Shown piece after piece: positions 28,399 through 38,778 of a DNA stretch of 64,000 bases. Each line of letters begins with the position of its first letter. Within the stretch, counting starts at the first letter, position 1. Origin of the DNA: a virus (Duplodnaviria > Caudoviricetes); the IMG/VR virus record IMGVR_UViG_3300010163_000019, positions 1-64,000 of that record. The stretch is one strand, 5' to 3'. The notes below the pieces were generated by a model. The model ran no database searches, had not been told where the DNA came from, and saw only the letters and a list, made by a program, of their open reading frames with translations. Made by a program: the position numbers and the translations under genes.

Positions 28399-30486
28399 TT
28401 GCATATGGGTAAGTACGTTGATTACTATTGTGGTGATAATAATAAGGAATTGAAGAAATTAGTTAATCCTATATTAATGAATCATTTTGGGTGGCTTCCA
28501 AGTCAATATTATGATGATTTTTATTCCATTTTGGCACAAGTTGTATGGGATTGTGAAAAAAACTTTAATGAACAAAAAGTGAAAACTAATAAATTTAAGA
28601 GTTATTTATTGTCATGCATAAGTAATAAGATCAAAAGCCAGCTTACCCATATGCATAGAGATAAAAGATGTTTAAAAGATGATGAAGGGAATCCTGTTTA
28701 TACAGTTTCTTTAGATTCTCCTGTTGGAGATGATGAAAAGATTACAATTGGAGATACCATTCAGTCAGATTTTGATATTGATGAAGAATTACAAGGTGTT
28801 TTAAAAGATGAAAAATTAGAAAAATTTCTAAATAATTTACCCAGAATACAGCGACAGATTGCAGAAATGATTATGGAAGGCTTTTCTATTGATGAAATAA
28901 AGCAAAGATTGAAATTAAGTGATAAGAAGTATCATGATAATTTTAATGCCTTAAAATTATTTAAAAATATTAGCATTTTATGTAATGATCAAAACCAAAT
29001 AAAAATTATGGAGGATGAGGAAATGAGTATGACTACACAAACACAGACTGCTGAGAATTGTAAAACTGATAAGATTAGTATTGCTTCTATTATTAAAAAA
29101 ATAGACAAGCATACAATTCGTTTTGATCACCCGTTACAGAGGGAATCTGATCAATGGTCTCCGTCTATGAAAGGAAATCTGGTTTCTGATATCCTCCAGG
29201 GAAATAAATTACAACCGCTTATTTTTGCAGAACAGATTATTAATGGTGTTCCGATTATATGGGATCTTGATGGCAAACAGCGTTGTACAAATGTCTATTT
29301 ATATTCTAAGAATGGATATAAAGTATCTAAGAATATTAGACGTTGGATGATTAAATACCAGACAACGGAGAAAGATGAGAACGGGAATGATGTTTTAGAT
29401 GAGAATGGATTTCCGATTGCAGTAAATGCAGAATTTGATATTCGTGGTAAGAAGTTTTCGGATTTGCCGGAAGAATTAAGAGATAGATTTTTAGATTATA
29501 GTTTTAATTATGATCAGTATCTAAATTGTTCTGAAGAAGATATAGGGTATCATATTGAAAGATATAATGATGGAAAAACAATGACAAAACCACAAAAAGG
29601 CATTACTAAGATTGGAACGGAATTTGCTGAAATGGTTAAATCAATTTCCAATATGTCATTTTTTAAAAATATTGGTGGGTATAAAGTTTCAGAATTTAAG
29701 AATGGAGCAATAGATAGAGTAGTAATTGAATCAGTAATGGCTACTAATTATTTTGATGACTGGAAAAAAGATATGGAGAAGCAATGTGAATATCTTAAAG
29801 AGAATGCTACATCAGAAATATTTGACAATTTTGAAGATATGGTAGAGAGATTAGAAAAGGTTATTACAGATGATGTGGCAGATATGTTTGATTCAAAGGA
29901 TAGTTTTTTGTATTTTGGTTTATTTTCTAAATTTATTAATATTGGATTAAATGATGAAAAGTTTATTGAATTCATGGCTGAGTTTACTCGGTCATTACAT
30001 AGTAAAGAGATTGATGGCATCACATATGATGAACTATGTGTAAATCCAAAAACTGGTAAGGCATATGGAACAAAAGATAAGTATATTGTAATTCCTAAAA
30101 TGGAAAGACTTGAAAATCTTATGTTTGATTTCCTTAATATAAGCAGAAGTAAAATAAAAAATGGTGTAGATAAAAATATACTTATCGCTAACTATGTTGA
30201 TATGTCAATCGAAGAAATAAGTCAAGATATTGATTTTTATGAGGATACTTTGGACGAATTAGAAAACAAAACAATTAAAGATGGTTCAAAATTATTGGAA
30301 CCAGAAAATAGAGTATCTTTATTGGCAATGATTGTTTACTCATTTAAAAATGATGTAGATCTAGATGATTGGATGGAAGAATATGCAAAGAGCAATAATA
30401 TGTATTTCCCAGATCAGAGAAAGAATTTCTTATATATGAAGAAAGATTTTATTAATTACATAGAAACAAAAGAGAAAGCAGGTTAG
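28399..30486 (+). CDS. sigma70-like factor fused to a DUF262 domain
   Basis: N-terminal region-2-like FKSYL..I.NKI and region-4 LP..QR.I..M..GFS..EI..L; then HPLQR..W..LDGKQR; internal RBS plus ATG at 29023. Confidence 0.75.
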   Translation: MHMGKYVDYYCGDNNKELKKLVNPILMNHFGWLPSQYYDDFYSILAQVVWDCEKNFNEQKVKTNKFKSYLLSCISNKIKSQLTHMHRDKRCLKDDEGNPVYTVSLDSPVGDDEKITIGDTIQSDFDIDEELQGVLKDEKLEKFLNNLPRIQRQIAEMIMEGFSIDEIKQRLKLSDKKYHDNFNALKLFKNISILCNDQNQIKIMEDEEMSMTTQTQTAENCKTDKISIASIIKKIDKHTIRFDHPLQRESDQWSPSMKGNLVSDILQGNKLQPLIFAEQIINGVPIIWDLDGKQRCTNVYLYSKNGYKVSKNIRRWMIKYQTTEKDENGNDVLDENGFPIAVNAEFDIRGKKFSDLPEELRDRFLDYSFNYDQYLNCSEEDIGYHIERYNDGKTMTKPQKGITKIGTEFAEMVKSISNMSFFKNIGGYKVSEFKNGAIDRVVIESVMATNYFDDWKKDMEKQCEYLKENATSEIFDNFEDMVERLEKVITDDVADMFDSKDSFLYFGLFSKFINIGLNDEKFIEFMAEFTRSLHSKEIDGITYDELCVNPKTGKAYGTKDKYIVIPKMERLENLMFDFLNISRSKIKNGVDKNILIANYVDMSIEEISQDIDFYEDTLDELENKTIKDGSKLLEPENRVSLLAMIVYSFKNDVDLDDWMEEYAKSNNMYFPDQRKNFLYMKKDFINYIETKEKAG

Positions 30487-30496
30487 GAGGGATATT

Positions 30497-30835
30497 ATGG
30501 GACTAAATATTTCCGAACAGGAAACAACAGTTAGTTTTACACGAGACAGTGATATTTGTACTGTTTACACATCTGACAGGACTATTATGACAAGGCTTGA
30601 TAAATTGGTTGAAAGTGATAGTTCGCCATATTGGAAATTGAAAGAAGAATACAGACTAAATAATGGTGAATTGATCGGGAAGACATATGAAACACATAAG
30701 CGTTTAATTTCGTTTAGGTCAAACATCACTACAAGAGAACTGTCAGAAGAACAAAAAGAAGCTGCCAGTGAAAGGTTCAAACAGATGTGGAAAGATAAAC
30801 GTGAAAATGGAGAAAGTGAGGAAAATGAAATATGA
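30497..30835 (+). CDS. hypothetical protein
   Basis: RBS AGGAGG; EQETTV.F.RD. Confidence 0.8.
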   Translation: MGLNISEQETTVSFTRDSDICTVYTSDRTIMTRLDKLVESDSSPYWKLKEEYRLNNGELIGKTYETHKRLISFRSNITTRELSEEQKEAASERFKQMWKDKRENGESEENEI

Positions 30836-31362
30836 GAAGAACAATGAAATTGTCAGATATTAGAATCAAAGGATCATTTAAAAATTCCGTTCCAAATGAT
30901 TATAAGATTGCACAGTGTAGGGAATATTGGAATCAGCACGGCATGTATCTTCACGACATTGTTGTGAATAATAACAGTCATCTTGTGGATGGTTATATTC
31001 AATATTTGGTTTTAAAAGAGAATGGTATAAAAGACATTGTAGTCAATGATTTTGATAAGAGAATATACAAAAGAAGAAAGCCAAATGTAAGAAAAAGAGA
31101 TAAGAAGAAAGCAAAATCGTATAAAGACGCAGAAACTCTTTACATATTTGGTATTCATTTAGGAGGAATTAAAGAACGAGTTTGGAGAGCGCCAAACAAG
31201 TTTCAGAAAGAATGGGAAGATATATTAAGTATTGGTGATATCGTAATAGTAAAAACAAAACATGGGAATGCGCCGATTAAAGTTACAAGAATTGAAAGAC
31301 TGACTAAATGTCCAGTAGATATACCAGTTAAGAGAATTGTAAAAAGGTTGGTGATAGAATGA
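30832..31362 (+). CDS. hypothetical protein, tentative ParB-like N-terminus
   Basis: IVVN..LVDGYIQYLVLKE. Confidence 0.55.
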   Translation: MRRTMKLSDIRIKGSFKNSVPNDYKIAQCREYWNQHGMYLHDIVVNNNSHLVDGYIQYLVLKENGIKDIVVNDFDKRIYKRRKPNVRKRDKKKAKSYKDAETLYIFGIHLGGIKERVWRAPNKFQKEWEDILSIGDIVIVKTKHGNAPIKVTRIERLTKCPVDIPVKRIVKRLVIE

Positions 31363-31772
31363 GTTTGATAGGATATGCATTAAGAATGGCAAAGCAATAT
31401 TACGAACCCAAAACATATGAACATGCATTAAGAGTTGCAGGGTATGTTGTAGAGAATCCAATGATTCCAGAGGATAAAATGGATAATTGTATTGCTTTAG
31501 CGATTATGCATGATTTAATTGAGGATACAGATTATTCTAATGGCTACTTTGGAAAAGGATATAGTTATTTTGAAGAATGTTTAAAATTACTTACAAAATC
31601 TAAAGATATGGATTATTTAGAATATATAAAGAAAATTAGAGATTTTTCAAATATAAGACCAGAAGCATACTGGGTTAAGATGGCTGATATGAAGGATCAT
31701 CTGTCTCAAACAGAAACATTAACGGATAATCTTAAAGAAAAATATTTAAAAGCATTGCCATATTTATTATAG
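31359..31772 (+). CDS. HD-domain protein (SpoT/Mesh1-like hydrolase)
   Basis: HALRVA..A+MHDLIEDT..VKMAD..H. Confidence 0.8.
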   Translation: MSLIGYALRMAKQYYEPKTYEHALRVAGYVVENPMIPEDKMDNCIALAIMHDLIEDTDYSNGYFGKGYSYFEECLKLLTKSKDMDYLEYIKKIRDFSNIRPEAYWVKMADMKDHLSQTETLTDNLKEKYLKALPYLL

Positions 31773-31801
31773 GAAGGGAAAAGCATTAGAGGTGATTAAA
31801 C

Positions 31802-32020
31802 GTGAATATCAAAACATATAAAATTAAACAATATAATTCAACATACAAACATATTCTTGTGGTTGATGGAGAGCCAGTTTGTGCAGCACAAGGCGGAAAA
31901 CAGATGAGTAAATGTATCCAATATCTTAGTGGATATAATGTGAATATTAGTGATGGCAGAATTAAAAAGGTATTGAACAAGTATCGACACGCTTTAGAAA
32001 ATGAAGAGTGTAAATCATAA
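31802..32020 (+). CDS. hypothetical protein
   Basis: RBS GAGGTG; stop inside site 32017. Confidence 0.7.
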   Translation: MNIKTYKIKQYNSTYKHILVVDGEPVCAAQGGKQMSKCIQYLSGYNVNISDGRIKKVLNKYRHALENEECKS

Positions 32021-32069
32021 AAGCCGCATTTCATTGGGATATTTTATTTATTTTAGAGAGGATAAAACA

Positions 32070-32885
32070 ATGTATAATACAGATTTTGATATGAAAAAAG
32101 CAAGATATTCTGTTATAAAAAAGACAGAATTTATTAAGTATCATAATGGATTGAATGTTGGTTGGAATCGTTTTATTTACATGGAATCAAAATATGGTAT
32201 TTATACTTACTCTTTAGAAGATGCAGCGACTTTTATAATAAAGGAACTAATAAAGTTTTATTCAAGTTATGGTTTAAAAAATAAAGATTTTTACGAAAGA
32301 AGAAAACTGTTGCTTGATGAATATGAAAAGTATGTTGTTATGGATTTAAGATTAGAAAAATCCATTTCTGGACGAGTTTCTTTCCTTGAAAAAGGAGTAT
32401 TTGATACTTATGTATTAGGCTCAGTTAGCATCTGGAGTTTTAATGCTACATATCCTTTAATCAATAATATTATAGCATGGAATAAAAATAGAATTGATTT
32501 AAAATATTTATATCCTGTTTATGTGGTTGATGAAGAACATTATAGATATTCATGGCAAAAAAGGCAGCATAGACCAAGATTCCATAGTAAAAGATATAAA
32601 CCTTGTCTTGGAATTCCCAAAAGGGAAAAAGTGGAAGGTTCTGATCCTGAATATAGTTGCGTCTTGTCTGCAAGACAGAAGAATAGAGAACGGACTTGCA
32701 ACTGGGGAAAGACATATCATAAGAATAGAAATAATGTTCCTGGTGATTGGAAACATTACAATAAATGCCGGAAGCAATGGGCAAAGAATATTGAAAATCC
32801 GTCATATGAAAAGTTGTCAAAAGCAGTTTGGAAACAAGATCTATTAGAGGAGGAAAAGTTATTTGAACAATTTAATGATTTTTGA
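32070..32885 (+). CDS. hypothetical protein
   Basis: Start moved past site 32017; C-terminal WKHY.K.RKQW. Confidence 0.75.
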   Translation: MYNTDFDMKKARYSVIKKTEFIKYHNGLNVGWNRFIYMESKYGIYTYSLEDAATFIIKELIKFYSSYGLKNKDFYERRKLLLDEYEKYVVMDLRLEKSISGRVSFLEKGVFDTYVLGSVSIWSFNATYPLINNIIAWNKNRIDLKYLYPVYVVDEEHYRYSWQKRQHRPRFHSKRYKPCLGIPKREKVEGSDPEYSCVLSARQKNRERTCNWGKTYHKNRNNVPGDWKHYNKCRKQWAKNIENPSYEKLSKAVWKQDLLEEEKLFEQFNDF

Positions 32886-33669
32886 GGGACATGAAGTAGA
32901 AGTTTTTGAGTTAGCTGGGAAAGTTCTATTTAATCCATATCATGTAGGAGAATGTTTAGAACTTACTGACAGTGCCGTAAGAAAAGCTATATGTAATATG
33001 ACAGAAAAACAGGTAATTAAGTTGAAAAATTCGGATGTGAAAGAAAGTAACATCCGAAAATTAAATAACGCAGGTGAAAATTTTCTTACAGAAAGTGGAG
33101 TTTATAAATTAATATTTAGAAGTAATAAGCCAAATGCAGAGGCGTTTACAGATTGGGTGACAGACGAGGTATTGCCCACAATACGTAAAACTGGCGGGTA
33201 TGTAAATAATGATGATTTATTTATAGCAACATATTTACCTTATGCAGATGAATCAATAAAATTGATGTTTAAATCCACGCTATCTACAGTTAGAAAACAA
33301 AATGAAATTATTGAAAATCAAAAGAAAGAAATTGAGCATAAGGAAGATGTAATTATTGGGCTTGTGGATGAAATTTCTCTTGCTGAGAAGCGGCAGATAC
33401 TTAATCGCGTTGTAAGATACAATCATGCAAATTATCGTGAACGATGGTCTGTTTTATATAGAGAATTTGAAAATAAATATCATATCAATCTGCAAAACAA
33501 GTTTGAAACATATAATGAAACACATAAACCTAAATGTAAGGGGAAATTGGATTACATAGACAAAGTTATGAATAAAGTATCAGAGCTATATGAGATAGCA
33601 GCAAAACTTTTTGAAAATGATGTTAAGGCATTGGTGGAAGAAATGTATAGTATAACAGGTAAAAATTGA
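32863..33669 (+). CDS. BRO-N antirepressor-like protein
   Basis: FEG..V..LFN..VG.CL; FLTESGVYKLIFRS.KP.A..F..WV..EVLP.IRKTG.Y. Confidence 0.9.
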   Translation: MNNLMIFEGHEVEVFELAGKVLFNPYHVGECLELTDSAVRKAICNMTEKQVIKLKNSDVKESNIRKLNNAGENFLTESGVYKLIFRSNKPNAEAFTDWVTDEVLPTIRKTGGYVNNDDLFIATYLPYADESIKLMFKSTLSTVRKQNEIIENQKKEIEHKEDVIIGLVDEISLAEKRQILNRVVRYNHANYRERWSVLYREFENKYHINLQNKFETYNETHKPKCKGKLDYIDKVMNKVSELYEIAAKLFENDVKALVEEMYSITGKN

Positions 33670-33694
33670 TATATTTATGGATTGGAGAAAATTG

Positions 33695-34111
33695 ATGAAA
33701 AAAATTTGTAATTGTGGATATGAGACAGAAAAAAAGAATTTTAATTTCTGTCCTTTGTGTGGAAACAAATTAATGATTTTAGAGCTAGAAGCAGATGGAA
33801 CATATGAGGCTGAAAGAAAAGCATGTAGAATTATTGATCATGATTGGATGAATCCTAATAAAATTTATTACTATAAGGTGAGTCCAATAGATAAAGAATT
33901 AGTTTGGATCTATAAATCGCCCGTTTCGCCACACTGGATATTCGGATGTCATATTTCAAAGGTTAAGCCATTGGAAGTAGAAAGAATTGAAAGATGTTCC
34001 TTTAGAAAAAATGATGAATGTGGACATATGGGTTCATGTAAAATGTGTCCTGTTTATAAGGGTGATGTGGATGAACTTATTATGAATCTTGTCAATGTAA
34101 TAAAAGAGTAG
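33695..34111 (+). CDS. hypothetical Cys-rich protein
   Basis: CNCG..FCPLCG. Confidence 0.7.
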   Translation: MKKICNCGYETEKKNFNFCPLCGNKLMILELEADGTYEAERKACRIIDHDWMNPNKIYYYKVSPIDKELVWIYKSPVSPHWIFGCHISKVKPLEVERIERCSFRKNDECGHMGSCKMCPVYKGDVDELIMNLVNVIKE

Positions 34112-34122
34112 GAGAAATAATT

Positions 34123-34407
34123 ATGGAAAATAAGATTTGTACAGAACAGTTTTGTGGTGTTGATATTTTTAATTGGAAAGAATGGGATGTTATGGACACC
34201 GATAACTTTTATTTTTATAACGTAGAATTTTTTATGCCATCAATGCAGAAATACAATGGTATGAATGTAAGCAGATGGTTTGATGGAAAGATGGAAATAC
34301 ATAAGGACAGTGATCCAGATGCTGATGAATCTGTTTTTGATGTTGTTTGGAGTGGATATGTTACAGATATTCATGAGGTTATGGAAGCATTGAACAGGAA
34401 AGTATAA
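34123..34407 (+). CDS. hypothetical protein
   Basis: RBS AGGAG. Confidence 0.75.
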   Translation: MENKICTEQFCGVDIFNWKEWDVMDTDNFYFYNVEFFMPSMQKYNGMNVSRWFDGKMEIHKDSDPDADESVFDVVWSGYVTDIHEVMEALNRKV

Positions 34408-34499
34408 AAGGCAATGAAAACTACGTATGATTGATGAAATAGATATATTATAGTTTAGATTCGATATAACCACAATATATAGAATGAAGGGAGAAGAGT

Positions 34500-35058
34500 A
34501 TGATAGCGATAAATTGTGAAGAAGAAAAATTGTATGGATGCCCAAGTTGTGGATGTGATACATGGGTTAGAGATAGCTTTTTAAGGTAATCAGCCTGCTG
34601 GCACATGTAAGTCATGTAGGCTTCATTATCAGATTTTTGCGAATGGAATAAGGAAGTCTTTTGTTGGATTTGGAACAAATAGAAAAGATAAAGATGGAAA
34701 CACAATTATGGAATATCCAGTTTTGTCTCCTCATCCAAGAAAAGGTATTCCTTCTCGGCACTGGGAAGCTCCTGATTTTAAACCTGAATATGGTGAATAT
34801 TGGAGTCCTAGAGGAATCGGTTATGATTTGAGTGGGTTTGTCAAATCATAACAGGCTGGTGAGCGTTTACTAGAAATAGTTAAAGAAGTATTAGGGAAAG
34901 AGGAACCTGCTTCTTGGCTTGATTGGAGAGAATATGAGCCAGAGTGGATTCAGTTTAAATTTCAAAAAGAGGAATTTGATTTGGAGAAGCTGGAGAAGAT
35001 GGCTATTGAAAATGACAAAATTTTAAATAAGGAAATTCTAATTACATGTAAGTTATAG
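34500..35058 (+). pseudogene. disrupted hypothetical gene
   Basis: Frameshift near 34583 and in-frame TAA at 34849; reading frame continues on both sides. Confidence 0.65.
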
Positions 35059-35077
35059 GGGATTGGGGGTGATGGTA

Positions 35078-35362
35078 ATGAGTTATATAATGTTGCAATT
35101 TAAGGAAGTCGCAAAAAATATTTTAGATTTGGAAGAAAAGAAAAAGCTGATGCGTTCCAATTTTGAGAAATCCACAAGTGAATTATCTGAGTGTTTTCAT
35201 TGGATTATGGAGGCAGAATTAGATGGTAGAAAGCATACATGTCTTACTATTTATACATGTCCAGAGTTATATGCAAAAGAATTAGAAGGTATGGGATTTG
35301 TTGTAGAAGAACAAAGAAATGTTTTTGATACTCTTTGTGGATATGATATTAAATGGCAATGA
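35078..35362 (+). CDS. hypothetical protein
   Basis: Ends CAA TGA inside site 35359. Confidence 0.7.
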   Translation: MSYIMLQFKEVAKNILDLEEKKKLMRSNFEKSTSELSECFHWIMEAELDGRKHTCLTIYTCPELYAKELEGMGFVVEEQRNVFDTLCGYDIKWQ

Positions 35363-35415
35363 AACTAACATTTTATTCAGATAAATGAATGATTAAAGAA
35401 AGGAAAAACAATACA

Positions 35416-35730
35416 ATGGAAAAGTATTATAACCAAAATGGTGAACTTGGAGTATTAATTAGTCCAGGATTTGGTGCTGGTTGGAGTACATGGAATGATG
35501 AAAGAATTGCATATGATAAAAGAGTTGTGGAATATTGGTTAAATGAAAATCCAACATCAGAAGAAATGAAGGAATTTCTTGAATCTATTGGATATGGAAA
35601 TATATATATGGGAGGTTATAGTTCTCTTACAATTAGATATATTCCAAGAGGAACGATGTTCTGTATTCATGAATATGACGGTTCAGAGTCAATTGAAACA
35701 CCTGAAACAATGTGTATGATGGTATCTTAA
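35416..35730 (+). CDS. phage hypothetical protein
   Basis: VLISPGFGAGWSTWN..EYDGSE motif. Confidence 0.75.
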   Translation: MEKYYNQNGELGVLISPGFGAGWSTWNDERIAYDKRVVEYWLNENPTSEEMKEFLESIGYGNIYMGGYSSLTIRYIPRGTMFCIHEYDGSESIETPETMCMMVS

Positions 35731-35752
35731 TAGTGTTGAAAGGAAAATATTT

Positions 35753-36283
35753 ATGTTTAAAGTAGAAAAAGATTTTGAGTATCAGGGACATAGATGCGTT
35801 GTAATTTTCACGGACATGGGGCATAGATGTGGTTATGTTTCTGTAAATGAGAACAGTCCATTATGGTGTAAAGATTATTCTGATTATTTGGACATTAAAA
35901 AGACTGAATTAAATGGAGAAGAAATAGGAAAAAGAGGAATAATTCCACTACTTATGTCTGCCTGTGATAAAGATGAAAGAATACAAATTGACTCTTATTT
36001 TGATGTCCATGGTGGAATTACATATTCTGGTGGTGGTATTGGGTCAAAATATCCCGTAGAAAGTGATTTATATTGGTTTGGATTCGATTGCGCCCATTGT
36101 TATGATTTGATAGATTGTGAAAAATTAAGAGAATATTTTCTAAATGAAAAATTTACAGAATCCAGAATTGCTATGGCATTGAATTTTGAAGGTAGTGAAG
36201 TTAGGACTTTGGAATATGTTGAGCAGGAATGCAAGAATTTGGCGGATCAAATAGAAAATGTAGAAAATATATTAAGGCAATGA
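35753..36283 (+). CDS. phage hypothetical protein
   Basis: GHRCGYV..VHGGITY..WFGFDCAH. Confidence 0.8.
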   Translation: MFKVEKDFEYQGHRCVVIFTDMGHRCGYVSVNENSPLWCKDYSDYLDIKKTELNGEEIGKRGIIPLLMSACDKDERIQIDSYFDVHGGITYSGGGIGSKYPVESDLYWFGFDCAHCYDLIDCEKLREYFLNEKFTESRIAMALNFEGSEVRTLEYVEQECKNLADQIENVENILRQ

Positions 36284-36328
36284 ATTCATTTCAAATAACA
36301 TTATATAAATTAAAAATGGAGGTACAGT

Positions 36329-36502
36329 ATGTCAAAATATAGAATGGAATTAGTAGATACTTGTTCTATGCGTAGTGGTGTGATATTTGAGTGTAATGCT
36401 GATAATGAAAAAGAGGCGTTAGAGAAAATGTATAAAAAGTTTTCTGGTGGTGTATGCGCTACAAAAATTGAAAAAGTAGAAGACAATGAATTTATACGTT
36501 GA
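36329..36502 (+). CDS. small hypothetical protein, 57 aa
   Basis: RBS GGAGGT; stop inside site 36499. Confidence 0.65.
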   Translation: MSKYRMELVDTCSMRSGVIFECNADNEKEALEKMYKKFSGGVCATKIEKVEDNEFIR

Positions 36503-36552
36503 AAATTTGTTTTAAGTGTGGAAAAACAAAATATAGAAAGAAGTGATTAATT

Positions 36553-37104
36553 ATAGGATTAAATATAGGATATTTAACATCTGATAAAGAAGATAGTGAA
36601 TTGTATACACCTGCATATGCAGTAGATCTAATTATAAAATACCTTCCAAAAGATAAGATTATTTGGTGTCCATTTTCTGAAGAATGGTCAATGTTTTACA
36701 AAAGGTTGAAAGAGGTAGGATTTAAAGTTATTAGAAGTTCATTAGTGGAGGGTCAAGATTTCTTTGAGTATAAACCAGACAAATTTGATTTAATTGTAGA
36801 TAATCCACCATTTTCAACAAAAGATAAAGTCTTAGAACGATTATATTCATTTAACAAACCGTTTGCAATTCTGTTACCCTTAAATTCCCTACAAGGCAAA
36901 TCAAGATATAAATATTTTAAACAGGGTATTCAGATATTAAGTTTCGATGCGAGAGTTTCTTATCATGACAGAAATCATATGAAGAATGTAGTAAAAGGAA
37001 GTCCATTTGCAACGGCATATTTTTGTAGAGATTTGTTGCCAAAAGATTTGATTATAGAGAAATTGGTTACATACGAAAGACCATTGTTGGAAAGAAAACG
37101 ATAA
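36553..37104 (+). CDS. small amino-DNA methyltransferase (NPPF), probable ATA start
   Basis: LYTP..IWCPF..DFF..IVDNPPFS; frame open upstream to (M)GLNIGYLTSDK. Confidence 0.75.
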   Translation: MGLNIGYLTSDKEDSELYTPAYAVDLIIKYLPKDKIIWCPFSEEWSMFYKRLKEVGFKVIRSSLVEGQDFFEYKPDKFDLIVDNPPFSTKDKVLERLYSFNKPFAILLPLNSLQGKSRYKYFKQGIQILSFDARVSYHDRNHMKNVVKGSPFATAYFCRDLLPKDLIIEKLVTYERPLLERKR

Positions 37105-37128
37105 AATTAATTGGAGGTAAATATTTAA

Positions 37129-37314
37129 ATGATATATATTTGTGTAAGAACTTATAGTAATGGAAAATACATGAATAAAGTATATAATGTGTTTTTTGAA
37201 TGGTTATCTCAGGCTGAAAAGATGGCAGGTGAATTAAACAAAATAGATCGTGATGGTGGTGAAAAATGGATTTGTATTCCTCTAAATAAATATGTAGAAA
37301 GCGTACATGATTAA
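37129..37314 (+). CDS. small hypothetical protein
   Basis: RBS GGAGGT. Confidence 0.65.
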   Translation: MIYICVRTYSNGKYMNKVYNVFFEWLSQAEKMAGELNKIDRDGGEKWICIPLNKYVESVHD

Positions 37315-37353
37315 AAATAATATAAAATATTGAAGAACAAAGGATATAGAATT

Positions 37354-38124
37354 ATGAGTGAATTTAAGAGTGCAATTATTTTAAAGAACAAAGTAGTTTT
37401 AGCACCAGAAGGGAATGAAAATCATTCAGATTTATTGGAAAGTCTTGGAATTGAAGATACTTATATGAATGCGTCAAGGATATTTGTAAGAGTTGAGTTG
37501 ATTCCAAAAGATAATAATAAAATGAATGACGTAAAGGATTGGAAATATAGAGTAGTTCAAGATATTTTACCTGATTGGTATGAAAAGGATTCAAAGAGAT
37601 ATGAGCAGGATTTTAGAGATGCAGTTGAAGAATGTATAAAAGAATGGAGAAAACAGTTTAAATTTATTTGTGGGTATTATTGGACAAGTGTTAAAGATGG
37701 AAATTTTACATATTACTTTATGAATGGGATTTTTAAAGAATCAAAGTTTGGTAAAACAAACAATTATGCTGAATCTAATATTCGTAATATTCTTGTTAAT
37801 AGTAAATTGGCTGCGGATTTAAAGAAAGAATTTGGAAATAAACTTGTTCCTATTTCTTTAGATTTAACAGCTATGGATGGATCGAAAGATTATGGAAGTA
37901 TTGAAGGAGATATTTTAGCTATTTTAAACATTCAATTACTTATGAAATTTGGAGAGAGTATTCCATTAATTGGTGACTGGTATTGGCTTGCGACACCTAA
38001 TCAGACACCAAAAAGAGGAGACGATCTTTGTGTTCAGTTTGTCGATGCCGATAGCTTTGTGGGATGCTGTGATTGTAATGATGATACGATGGGGGTGTTT
38101 CCGTTTTTTATCCTTCAATCTTAA
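37354..38124 (+). CDS. DUF6273-like protein
   Basis: C-terminal WYWLATP..V..GVFPF..L. Confidence 0.6.
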   Translation: MSEFKSAIILKNKVVLAPEGNENHSDLLESLGIEDTYMNASRIFVRVELIPKDNNKMNDVKDWKYRVVQDILPDWYEKDSKRYEQDFRDAVEECIKEWRKQFKFICGYYWTSVKDGNFTYYFMNGIFKESKFGKTNNYAESNIRNILVNSKLAADLKKEFGNKLVPISLDLTAMDGSKDYGSIEGDILAILNIQLLMKFGESIPLIGDWYWLATPNQTPKRGDDLCVQFVDADSFVGCCDCNDDTMGVFPFFILQS

Positions 38125-38268
38125 ATCTTTGAATTTTAAGAAAACATATCAGATTACAAATAAACAGATGAGAACATAAACTTAGTCCTTGCAAATGGTC
38201 CATATGTTATTGGAAATATATGAAAAATAATAAAACACGAGTTTTATGTGAAATGGAGGTAAAACCGT

Positions 38269-38727
38269 ATGATGACAGTAAGAGAATTATTTCAAAAAAC
38301 GCATTACGAAGATGTTTGGAAAGAGTATATAAAAATAGAAGATTTAGATGAAGAAAAATATCCTTACGATAAAGAAGGACGAAAAAGGGTATTTGATTTT
38401 GTAAAAGACTATAAAGGTGAGAAAGCTGAAAAACATATTATTGTATGTATTAAAGACTGTGTAAATTTTTTGGCTGTTTCAGGGTTTTATACTGATACTG
38501 ATTTGCCATGTAATATTGAAGAAATGAGTAATGAAGATCTCTGGAAAATTGAAACATATGGATTAGAATGTAGTGAATTTTATGAATGGTGTGATTGGAA
38601 AGTATTTGACTTATCCATTCAAACATATGGAGAAGTAGTATGTGCAGCATACATATTATATGAAATGACCTATCATGGAACCACGGAAGAAGTACGAAGA
38701 GAACGATTGAAAAGTATTTTGGAATAG
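38269..38727 (+). CDS. hypothetical protein between sites 38230 and 38737
   Basis: RBS GGAGGT; ILYEMTYHG. Confidence 0.8.
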   Translation: MMTVRELFQKTHYEDVWKEYIKIEDLDEEKYPYDKEGRKRVFDFVKDYKGEKAEKHIIVCIKDCVNFLAVSGFYTDTDLPCNIEEMSNEDLWKIETYGLECSEFYEWCDWKVFDLSIQTYGEVVCAAYILYEMTYHGTTEEVRRERLKSILE

Positions 38728-38778
38728 TGGGTAGCAATAAAATTTCCGTTTTATTTATTGAGAGAAGGAGACAAATGT

